Translations under genes and position numbers: made by a program
Source of the DNA: Propionibacterium freudenreichii subsp. freudenreichii
GTDB taxonomy: Bacteria; Actinomycetota; Actinomycetes; Propionibacteriales; Propionibacteriaceae
DNA length: 32,000 nt
NCBI RefSeq assembly: GCF_000940845.1
Contig: NZ_CP010341.1
Span: 90,001-122,000 of the forward strand
Direction: 5' to 3'
Notes under the pieces: model-generated
Told to the model about the DNA's origin: nothing
The model's input: the letters and a program-made list of their open reading frames with translations, nothing else
Database searches by the model: none
Shown here: one piece after another, positions 7,369-15,489 of the stretch
Position numbering within the stretch: the first letter of the stretch is position 1
Layout of the letters: each line of letters begins with the position of its first letter

Positions 7369-8795
7369 GGCTCTTCACGAACGAGGGTGTAGCGCGGGTC
7401 TGAATCCGCCGGCTTCGAGCAGCGACCGAGCGATGTAGTGGCTGAGGTTGCGGAAGCCGAGGGCCGTGCCGCGGAGGTGTTCGAGTCGGCCGTTGATCGC
7501 TTCGGTGGGGCCGTTGCTGGTGCCGGGGCGGTCGAAGTAGCCGAGCACGTCCGAAGCGCGCTGTGTGAGGGTGCGGGCGAGTTTGCGGATCTCGACGAGC
7601 TGCTCCGGGACGCTGGCGCTGATCTTGTCGATCGTGTGCGCGAGGAAGAATCTGCCCAGGCCGCGGTCCTTGTCCCGGTAGGCGGTGATCATGTCTTGGT
7701 AGATGCCCCACGTCGCTTCGACCTCGACGTGCCTGTCCTCGGCGAACAGGGCATCTAGCCGCGCCTGCTGCTTGTCGGTGAGCAGACCGGCACCGGTGAG
7801 CAGGGTCCGTCTGGCCTGGTAGAGCGGATCGCCCTTCATGCCCCGCCGGCCGAAGACGTCGTGCTGTACCCGGCGTCGGCAGTTCTCCAGCGCGTCACCG
7901 GCGAGCCGGATCACGTGGAACGGATCCATGACCGGGGCCGCGTCGGGCAGTTCTTCGGCGGCGGCGGTCTTGAACCCGGTGAATCCGTCCATGGCGACGA
8001 CCTCGATCCCCTCTCGCCAGGGCTTCGGTCTGGCGGCGAGCCAGGTCTTGAACACGGCTTTCGAGCGTCCGGCGACCATGTCCAGCAGCCGTGCCGGGCC
8101 GGTCTTGTCGCGCACCGGGGTCAGGTCGATGATCACGGTCACGTACGTGTCGCCGTGGCGGGTGTGTCGCCACACGTGCTCGTCGACGCCGATCGTGGTC
8201 ACGCCCTCGAACCGCGCCGGGTCATCGATCAGCCGCCGGCGGCCCTCGGCGAGGATCGCGTCGTTCGCGGCGGACCAGGACACCCCCAGCCCTGCCGCGA
8301 CACGCGTGACCGAGAGATGATCGAGGACCAAGCCCGCCAGCCCCCACGCCAACCCACCGCGGGAGATCTTCGCCCGTACCGGCGCGGCGGCCGTGGTGTC
8401 TTGCCGCCAGACCCGCCCACACCCGCAGCATTTGTAGCGCCGGACCCGGATCAGCAGGGTCGTGGGCCGATGCCCGAATGGCTCATGCGCGAGCCGACGG
8501 ATCACCGTGTCGCGCGGGGCGCCCTCGCATCCACACTCGCGGCACCACCGGTCCGGCTCCACGACACGGCACTCGATCACCGCCCGATCCGGGTCCAGAC
8601 GCTGCCCGACAGCCTCCAGGCCGAGCTCGTCGAGACCGCAGAACGTGGTCAGGCAAGGTGTAGTGAAAGTAGGGTGTGACACGTCGAGGTCTTCCGGCAG
8701 ATGGCGAGTGTGAGAACTTCCATCCTCAGGGAGACCTCGACCCCTACCCGGCCACCGACACGCTCAACCCGCTACACCCTCGTTCGTGAAGAGCC
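7369..8795 (-). mobile_element. ISL3-family insertion sequence, copy 1 (1427 bp), intact
   Basis: It has 26-bp perfect terminal inverted repeats, GGCTCTTCACGAACGAGGGTGTAGCG (7369-7394 and the reverse complement of 8770-8795). An 8-bp target-site duplication GGATATGA flanks it (7361-7368 and 8796-8803). Confidence 0.9.
7375..8682 (-). CDS. ISL3-family transposase, 435 aa
   Basis: Full ORF with a GTG start. It has an N-terminal zinc-ribbon (CRECGCEG ... CCGCG), the GVDEHVWRH and VVAMDGFTGFK DDE-region motifs, and a C-terminal SNGPTEAINGRLEHLRG motif. The stop lies inside the terminal inverted repeat. Confidence 0.9.
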   Translation of the reverse strand: MSHPTFTTPCLTTFCGLDELGLEAVGQRLDPDRAVIECRVVEPDRWCRECGCEGAPRDTVIRRLAHEPFGHRPTTLLIRVRRYKCCGCGRVWRQDTTAAAPVRAKISRGGLAWGLAGLVLDHLSVTRVAAGLGVSWSAANDAILAEGRRRLIDDPARFEGVTTIGVDEHVWRHTRHGDTYVTVIIDLTPVRDKTGPARLLDMVAGRSKAVFKTWLAARPKPWREGIEVVAMDGFTGFKTAAAEELPDAAPVMDPFHVIRLAGDALENCRRRVQHDVFGRRGMKGDPLYQARRTLLTGAGLLTDKQQARLDALFAEDRHVEVEATWGIYQDMITAYRDKDRGLGRFFLAHTIDKISASVPEQLVEIRKLARTLTQRASDVLGYFDRPGTSNGPTEAINGRLEHLRGTALGFRNLSHYIARSLLEAGGFRPALHPRS

Positions 8796-8807
8796 GGATA
8801 TGAGTCA

Positions 8808-9272
8808 GTGAAATCAATGCGCCTTTATTCGAAGATGGCATTTCTGGGCCTGTGCGTCAGTCTCTTGGCAGTTGGTGGCTGTTCAAGAAGCCACGACGAT
8901 AATTCGATGGACGGATTCCAGACCGAGGCGGAGTACAACGCCGAGGCGGCGAGTCTCGCCTGGCCTCCCGGACGTTCCGCTCCAAGCCCCTGGCATCACC
9001 TGGAGACCGATGTCCACAACGAGAAGGGGGTCGGCGTCACCGACGCTGACCGTCAGTGGCTCTGTGCCTGGGAGGTCCATTATTTGGAAGATCCCGCCAC
9101 GCGGGGCGGTAGTGCGCTGGCCGAACTCAAGAAATTCAAGGGCCTCCACGCCTACACCAAGGCCTATGACGTTTCTGCGAAGGAATCGTTTGACAAGGCC
9201 CTCGGCTCGCTGGAGCTCGGCGATGCGGGTCCCTTGCAGCGGGACGTCACTGTGAACTGCATGGTCGAATGA
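8808..9272 (+). CDS. Putative lipoprotein, 154 aa, unknown function
   Basis: The signal peptide MKSMRLYSKMAFLGLCVSLLAVGGC has a lipobox-like VGGC. The start is the GTG at 8808, with alternative ATGs at 8817 and 8835. The gene is AT-richer than the core genes. I recognise no family. Confidence 0.6.
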   Translation: MKSMRLYSKMAFLGLCVSLLAVGGCSRSHDDNSMDGFQTEAEYNAEAASLAWPPGRSAPSPWHHLETDVHNEKGVGVTDADRQWLCAWEVHYLEDPATRGGSALAELKKFKGLHAYTKAYDVSAKESFDKALGSLELGDAGPLQRDVTVNCMVE

Positions 9273-9409
9273 CGCCGCTTCGGGGAGCTCCAGGCAGGAC
9301 GCCTGCGCCGCGCGGGTCTGACCGACGAGCGGGTGATGATGGCGTCCACGCGCGTGCACTGCAATTTCAAGGGTGGGAAGGTCCCATCAGGTGATCAAGG
9401 TAATAAAGC

Positions 9410-10835
9410 GGCTCATCGCGAATGAGAGTGTAGGAGCGGTCTGAATCCGCCGGCTTCGAGGAGCGATCTGGCGACGTAGTGCGTGAGGTTCCGGAAGCCG
9501 AGGGCGGAACCGCGAAGGTGCTCGAGCCGGCCGTTGATGGCCTCCGTTGGGCCGTTGCTCGTTCCGGGGCGGTCGAAGAACGCGAGGATGTCCGCGGCGC
9601 GCTGCTTCAGCGTGCGGCCGAGGCGACGGATCTCTTTGAGCAGCGCGGGGACGCCGTTGCTGACAGAGTCGATCACCGCCCGCATCATCTCCTTCGCCTT
9701 GTTCTTGTCGGGTTCGCGGTAGGCGGCGACGATGCGCTGGTAGATGCCCCAGGTCGCTTCGACCTCGACGTGCTCCTCGGCGGCGAACACCGCGTCGAGC
9801 CGCGCGGTCTGTTTCTTGGTGAGGAAGCTCGCGCCGGTGTGGAGGGTGCGGCGGACCCCGTAGAGCGGGTCGCCGGCGTGACCGCGGTGCCCGAGTGTGT
9901 CTTGCTGGACGCGCTGCCGGGTCCGGTCGAGCGCGTCGCCGGCCAGGCGGACGACGTGGAACGGGTCCATCACCGGGACCGCGTCGGGGAGCTCTTCGGC
10001 CGCGGCGGTCTTGAACCCGGAGAACCCGTCCATCGCGACCACCTCGATCCGGCTCGACCACTCCGCAGGCCGGGCGGCGAGCCACTCCTTGAACACCTGC
10101 TTCGAGCGGCCCTCGACCATGTCCAGCAGCCTGGCCGGGCCCGTCTTGTTCCTCGCGGGGGTGAGGTCGATGATCACGGTCACGTACTTCTCGCCAAACC
10201 GTGTGTGACGCCAGACGTGCTCATCGACACCGATCGTGGTGACCCCGTCGAACCTCGCCGGGTCGTCGATCAGGCGACGCTTGCCTTCGGCGATGATCGC
10301 GGTGTTCGCGGTATGCCACGACACCCCGAGCCCTGCTGCGGCGCGGGAGACGGTGAGGTGGTCGACCACGATCGCCGTGAGTGCCCACCCGATCCCGCCG
10401 CGGGAGATCTTCTCCCTGGGCGCCGCCGCCTTCGACGTGTCCTGCCGCCAGGTCCGGCGGCAGTGCGTGCACCGGTAGCGGCGCACCCGGACCAGCAGCG
10501 TCGTCGGCCGATGCCCGAACGGCTCATGCGCCAGCGGCCGCGTCACCGTGTCACGCGGCACGCCCTCCGCGCCGCACTTCCGACACCACGGGTCGTCCTC
10601 GACGACGCGGCACTCCAGCACCGCCCGATCAGCCTCGAGCAGCTGCCCGACGGCTTGAAGGCCGAGCTCGTCGAGACGGCAGAACGTGGTCAGGTCAGGG
10701 GTCACGAACGTAGGGTGGTGCAAGTCGAGGTCTTCCGGCGGATGGTGAGCGTGAGAACTTCCATCCTGGAAGACCTCGACGCCTATCCGCGAACCAGCCG
10801 GCGGTCCCGGGCTACACCCTCAACTGCGAAGAGCC
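9410..10835 (-). mobile_element. ISL3-family insertion sequence, copy 2 (about 1426 bp), no target-site duplication
   Basis: The inverted repeats are imperfect: GGCTCATCGCGAATGAGAGTGTAG (9410-) against the reverse complement of the right end, GGCTCTTCGCAGTTGAGGGTGTAG (-10835), about 19/24 identical. The flanking 8-mers differ (AATAAAGC versus CCGTAAGT). Confidence 0.75.
9413..10723 (-). CDS. ISL3-family transposase, 436 aa
   Basis: Full ORF with a TTG start. By eye it is roughly 70% identical to the copy 1 transposase and carries the same GVDEHVWRH and SNGPTEAINGRLEHLRG motifs. Confidence 0.9.
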   Translation of the reverse strand: MHHPTFVTPDLTTFCRLDELGLQAVGQLLEADRAVLECRVVEDDPWCRKCGAEGVPRDTVTRPLAHEPFGHRPTTLLVRVRRYRCTHCRRTWRQDTSKAAAPREKISRGGIGWALTAIVVDHLTVSRAAAGLGVSWHTANTAIIAEGKRRLIDDPARFDGVTTIGVDEHVWRHTRFGEKYVTVIIDLTPARNKTGPARLLDMVEGRSKQVFKEWLAARPAEWSSRIEVVAMDGFSGFKTAAAEELPDAVPVMDPFHVVRLAGDALDRTRQRVQQDTLGHRGHAGDPLYGVRRTLHTGASFLTKKQTARLDAVFAAEEHVEVEATWGIYQRIVAAYREPDKNKAKEMMRAVIDSVSNGVPALLKEIRRLGRTLKQRAADILAFFDRPGTSNGPTEAINGRLEHLRGSALGFRNLTHYVARSLLEAGGFRPLLHSHSR

Positions 10836-10916
10836 CCGTAAGTTCACGATTCGTGAAGCCTGAATCGCGGGAACACGCGGATTCATGCCCGCTATAGAAG
10901 GGTGTGGGGGCTCCTG

Positions 10917-10934
10917 CCGAAGCGATCTTCGGCA
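10917..10934 (-). terminator. Short stem-loop downstream of the 152-aa membrane protein gene
   Basis: GCCGAAG-cgat-CTTCGGC, a 7-bp perfect stem, lies 34 nt past the stop at 10968. There is no U tract. Confidence 0.35.
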
Positions 10935-10967
10935 TCGGCCGACTCGTAGGGAACCTGGGCCGGTTGT

Positions 10968-11426
10968 CTACCACCAGTGTGTTGCTCTGTACCAGATCTC
11001 GTTCATGGTCAGCGGGGCCACTACCGCAGCGACGGCCGGTGCGAGGATCACGGCGGCGGCGACCGCGACGCAGACACGTGGTGGCCAGCCCGCCCGGCGG
11101 CGCAGGGCCAGGTTGCCGATCACTGCCGGAAGCACGGCCAACATCAGCACCACGATTGCGCTGACGACGTAGAAAACCATGAAGGCCAAGCTGTCCTCGC
11201 CGGCACCGACAATGTGCTCCGCTGGACCGATGACGTTGGCCTTGACCTGCATGAGGACGAGTCCGATCATCACAAGCGGCCAGTAGGACAATGCCGCGCT
11301 GAGCAGATCACACAAGAGGATCGCGACGCCGAACATGACGCGTCGGAAAACAGTCGGCTGCGAACTCACAGCTTGGTCGTTCACCGGCACAACGTTAGTC
11401 TCGCCTTGAGGCGACGAGCGGGACAT
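10968..11426 (-). CDS. Small multi-pass membrane protein, 152 aa (holin-like position)
   Basis: Full ORF with 3-4 hydrophobic helices (VMFGVAILLCDLLSAALSYW, LVMIGLVLM, LAFMVFYVVSAIVVLMLAVLPAVIG, VCVAVAAAVILAPAVAAVVAPL). It starts 11 nt after the muralytic gene stop. I recognise no family. Confidence 0.6.
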   Translation of the reverse strand: MSRSSPQGETNVVPVNDQAVSSQPTVFRRVMFGVAILLCDLLSAALSYWPLVMIGLVLMQVKANVIGPAEHIVGAGEDSLAFMVFYVVSAIVVLMLAVLPAVIGNLALRRRAGWPPRVCVAVAAAVILAPAVAAVVAPLTMNEIWYRATHWW

Positions 11427-12420
11427 CGGTCATTGATTCATCCCCTGAGTGCCGCGTTGTACTGTTCGAACACGTTGTAGACGCCGCGAACCTCCTGGCC
11501 ATAATCAGCGGCAGCACTACCGGTTCCATTGTATCGGGCGAGGATCGATGTGATCTGCGCGGAGGTGTAGTCAAGACGTGGAGATCCAGTGATCCCGACA
11601 TCGGCGGCACCCGCCATCAGTACTTGTGGAACGGCGGAAAGATTGTAGTCGTCGTCTCCGTGCAGGTCCTGCCACACCGCCCACACGGTGTGCCAATCGG
11701 ACGCATCCCACGTCGACCCAGAAATCAATCCTTGGCCCAGAGCCCAGTTGTGGGCCCAGATCGCGGTGGCGGAGAAGATCTGAGCGAAACCCGTGCTGCT
11801 GTCTTGGCTCATAACTACTGGTGGGGTAGGTGCTACTCCAATGGGGTTCGCCTCCCAGGCTTCTAGCGCTTCGAGATACACATAGGTGCTTTCGACAACG
11901 GCATCTGCCGCAGGGTCGAGCGCGGTGGTCTTCCAGTACTCCCAGAAAGACACAGCCTGGATGAGAGCTTTCCTGATCCCCCACGCTCTAGACAGGTTTG
12001 TGATCAGTGTGTCGTGCTGAAGGACATCTCCCACAACGTCCGTTGGACTGCCGTGGATGAGCCCTATGGTGTTGGAAGTGACGGTGTCGCAATAGGCGTC
12101 CATGTCGCTGGCGAGGCTGGCCTCTTGCGACATGTCGAAGGCAACGTCCAGAACCTCTCCGGACGGAAGGGCATTGACGGATGCTTGTCCCGTGTCCCGT
12201 CCGGAATAGATGTCGTTATCGATCTCGATTGCACCAGTGCCACTTCCAACAGTGATCGTAGAGATCTGGTCAAATGCCCAGTTTGAGGGGAGGGTAAACC
12301 CTAGGTTCCCGCTGTACCCGTAGGACATTCCCGCCACGAAACTGTACTGTATGAGATCGGCGTCGGTGAGCTGTCGACAAACATTACGGGTGCCGTAGGC
12401 ACCGACATGATAGAGGTTTC

Positions 12421-13899
12421 GTAACTGTTCAGCTGGTGGGTTCGGGGGTCTGGCGGGGTGTGCGGCGTGTCGCGTCGCTGGTCCGGGGGCTGGAGGTGGA
12501 GTATTCGGGGCATGCCGCGGTCGCGTAAACCCACCTATGACGAGCTGGTCGGGCTGGTGGCCGCCCAGGCGGCCCAGATCGCTGAGTTGGAACGCCAACT
12601 CGGGTCGACCTCGCGCAACTCGTCGAAGCCACCCTCGGCAGACGGGTTGGCCAAGCCGGCCCCGAAATCCTTGCGGCGCCCCTCAGAACGGCACCCGGGC
12701 GGCCAGCCCGGCCATCCGGGTGCGGCCCTGCGCCAGGTCGATCATCCCGATCACATCGTGACCCACGCCCCGGACCGGTGCCCGGCCTGCGGCGGGGTCC
12801 TGGACGAGTGCTGCGACGTGGGTGTGGTGGCCCGGCAGGTGGTCGACCTGCCCCAGGTGCGCGCGGTGGTGACCGAGCACCAGATCCTCACCCGCCGGTG
12901 CGCCTGCGGGCACCTGACGGCGGGGACGGCTCCGGCCGGGGTGGCCGCGCCGGTCTCCTACGGGCCGGCGGCCCGTGCGGCGATGGTCTACCTGGCCGCC
13001 GGCCAGTACATACCGATCAGGCGGGTCGCGGTGACCATGGCCGACCTGCTGGGGATGCCCGTGTCGACCGGGGCGGTGGCCGCCGCCGTCGAACAGGCGG
13101 GCGGTGAGCCCCTGGACGCCTTCACCGGCCAGGTGGCGGGCCGGATCGCCGCATCCCCTGTCGTCCACGCCGATGAGACCGGGCTGCGGGTCGCTGGGAA
13201 GCTGCACTGGGTCCACTCGGCCTCCACCGGTCAGTACTCGCATATCAGTGTGCACCGGCGGCGGGGCCGGGCGGGGATGGATGCCGCCGGCATCCTGCCC
13301 GGCTGCACCGGTGTGCTGGTCCATGACGCGTGGGCCCCCTACGACACCTACGAGCACGTGGACCACCAACTGTGCTGCGCCCACCTGATCCGCGAACTGG
13401 TCGCGGTGGCCGACCACCACGACGCCCACGACCCGCCCGGGGCGTTCTGCTGGGCCCGCCAGGTCCTCGACGCCCTCCTGCCGCTGATCCGCGATCCCCA
13501 CGCCGCCGCAGGACAGGCCGACCCCGGACTGCTGGAGGCCGGGCGGCGTCTCATCGTCGACGCAGCACGACTGGGTGCGGATTCGGGAGTGCCCGGGAAG
13601 GTCGGGGCGAAGCACCGCGCCCTGGCCCGGCGGATCAGTGCCCGGATCGACGACTACCTGCGCTTCGCCACCACACCGGGCCTGGCACCCGACAACAACG
13701 CCGCTGAACGCGAGATCCGCATGGTCAAGGTGCATCAGAAGGTCTCGGGATGCCACCGCACTCTGACCGGCGCCGAGGGCTTCCTCCGGCTGCGCTCCTA
13801 CCTGTCCACCGCCACCAAGCAGGCCTGCAACACCTACCAGGTCCTCGTCGACCTGTTCAACGGACAGGCCTGGACCCCAGCCACCACCTGAACAGTTAC
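12421..13899 (+). mobile_element. IS66-family insertion sequence, single-ORF type (1479 bp)
   Basis: The termini begin GTAA: GTAACTGTTCAGCTGGTGG on the left and, for the reverse complement of the right end, GTAACTGTTCAGGTGGTGG (18/19). An 8-bp target-site duplication GAGGTTTC flanks it (12413-12420 and 13900-13907). Confidence 0.9.
12512..13891 (+). CDS. IS66-family transposase (TnpC-like), 459 aa
   Basis: The ATG at 12512 lies within ORF 12458..13891. It has an N-terminal coiled-coil (LVAAQAAQIAELERQL), a zinc-finger (CPACGG...CACGH), and the catalytic-region motifs HADETG, LVHDAW and CCAHLIRE. Confidence 0.85.
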   Translation: MPRSRKPTYDELVGLVAAQAAQIAELERQLGSTSRNSSKPPSADGLAKPAPKSLRRPSERHPGGQPGHPGAALRQVDHPDHIVTHAPDRCPACGGVLDECCDVGVVARQVVDLPQVRAVVTEHQILTRRCACGHLTAGTAPAGVAAPVSYGPAARAAMVYLAAGQYIPIRRVAVTMADLLGMPVSTGAVAAAVEQAGGEPLDAFTGQVAGRIAASPVVHADETGLRVAGKLHWVHSASTGQYSHISVHRRRGRAGMDAAGILPGCTGVLVHDAWAPYDTYEHVDHQLCCAHLIRELVAVADHHDAHDPPGAFCWARQVLDALLPLIRDPHAAAGQADPGLLEAGRRLIVDAARLGADSGVPGKVGAKHRALARRISARIDDYLRFATTPGLAPDNNAAEREIRMVKVHQKVSGCHRTLTGAEGFLRLRSYLSTATKQACNTYQVLVDLFNGQAWTPATT

Positions 13900-15489
13900 G
13901 AGGTTTCCAAACCTCTGCATCGCGCGATTAACGCCTTGGAAGTAAGGGATGATCGAACCGGGGATGTCATCACCGAGCACGTCGACGTCAACCGCAAAGT
14001 ATATCGTTGTTCCGCGCTTGAACCCGTAGCCGGTCGCCGCCTGAACAGCGTCCCCAGCATCGGAGTATCCTTGTGCATCCGAGAAATAGGAGAGGCTGTC
14101 CCCGAGAGTCTGAAAGATCGGGAAAACTCGCAATCCGGCACCTAGGATGACGCTGAGTTCGCCGGTTTGGATCTTCTTGTTCAGGGTCGAGCCCTCGACA
14201 TTCGTCAGGTACCGGCCGACGACGACGCGCCCATCGGCGACCAACGCGCTTGCACGGGCTGCGGTCACCTCGCTCGCGCAGTCCGCAGCTCTTCCATTGC
14301 GCGTGGGGTCTCCGTTGCTGACGAGCAAAGACGACCACGTTTCATAATCGCCTTGGCCGTTGACGGTCAAGAGACAGAACGCTTGGAAGGACAAGACGAT
14401 TGAAGAATCCGCCGAAGTGAATGTTCCCGTGAACGAGGCGTCATAGGTGTTGAACCTCAAAGCGGCCTGGAAGAGTCTCACCCAGTAATGGCCGGCGGCG
14501 TCGCTGGAACCAACCGTGATATTCGGCTGGGCGGCGACGGCGGCACGTGTTCCTGGGCCGTAGTTGCCGTTAGCGCCAGCTACGCCTAGTTCATCCTGAA
14601 TCGCGTAGACAAGAGCTTCCTGCACATCCCGCGAATAGCTCCCATCAGCGGGAATGATGTAGAACCACGACTTATCGATATAGGTGGCGTTCATCCACCG
14701 TTGGACTTCACGGACAGGGCCGGTGCCCGTGCCGATCAGGATATACGCGTCCATCGTCAAGAGCGCCTTGAACACCTTGGGGCTGACTGTGCCCGTTGTA
14801 GGAACTCCGATATCTGATTGCAGGCTAGTTACGGCAGCCGTTGTGGTCGTCGTCCAGGTACCGTCGAGGTTTCCATTGTCGCCGTTGTATCCCTTGCAAT
14901 AGAGCCCGCCGACCACAATATTGTATATGTTCGCGATGTTCGCGTTCGATGTGCTTGGCCCGATATTTCCTATCGCCGTAAGGGCGGAGAGCGTGCCGGT
15001 CCCAAAGTTGTCCGATAGAGCCGTTAAGCCAACCTCGTGCTGTAGCGCGCGTGTTAGTGCGTACATTGTCGTCCAGCCCGTCTGACCATCGACGGTAACC
15101 GGGCTCCAACCCGACACACCCGTATAAGTATCATTCAGCCATTGTTGAACTTTCCTAACCCAAGGATCATCAGCCATGATCTCACTTCTCCCTTTTTCTG
15201 CCCTCGTCTTGCGGCGATGCATGACTTGCTGCTAACGGGCACTGCGTGGAGTCCGCGCGGTGTTCCCTTCCAGTGTGCTCCTCCGATCATCGGATCGCTA
15301 GGCCGGGACTTCCAATAGGTCACTGTTCGCTGCATGATCAGCGCATGCTGACCGTGGCTTCGCGGACCGCCGTGAGGAGCCGGCTGGGCCGGACACTGGT
15401 TGATTCGACCCGGAGGGCAGGTAGACCCGGTAAGAGATCGCCGGGCCACGCCTAGCAAAGGCGCTGTCGATGCTGCTGGACGTCATGCT

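Larger units (their letters stand above)
11438..15177 (-). pseudogene. Modular peptidoglycan-binding / DUF1906 glycoside-hydrolase-like muralytic protein (750 aa when reconstructed), disrupted by an IS66-family element
   Basis: The two halves are ORFs 13834..15222 and 11438..12598. The ATG at 15177 has an AGGGAGAAG Shine-Dalgarno. Removing 12421-13907 joins ...RAMQRFGNL to YHVGAYGTRN... in frame. There are four PG_binding_1-like repeats (VRKVQQWLN...DGQTG, VREVQRWMN...). The DUF1906 motifs are GRYLTN, IYFAVDVD, YFQGV and GAYG. Confidence 0.85.

Noticed and set aside
7369-10835. ISL3 copies 1 and 2 as a composite transposon carrying the lipoprotein gene
   Set aside because: Copy 1 has its own intact 8-bp duplication, so it inserted independently. 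The two copies are different lineages with different inverted repeats. The outer flanks (GGATATGA versus CCGTAAGT) do not match.
15223-15489. Small ORFs (15135..15458 -, 15246..15455 +, 15298..15486 -) between the muralytic gene and ISL3 copy 3
   Set aside because: They are Arg/Ser/Pro-rich, mutually overlapping, and have no SD or motifs. The region is more simply the promoter/5' region of the muralytic gene. Rejoining the flanks across the IS does not create a convincing longer ORF.
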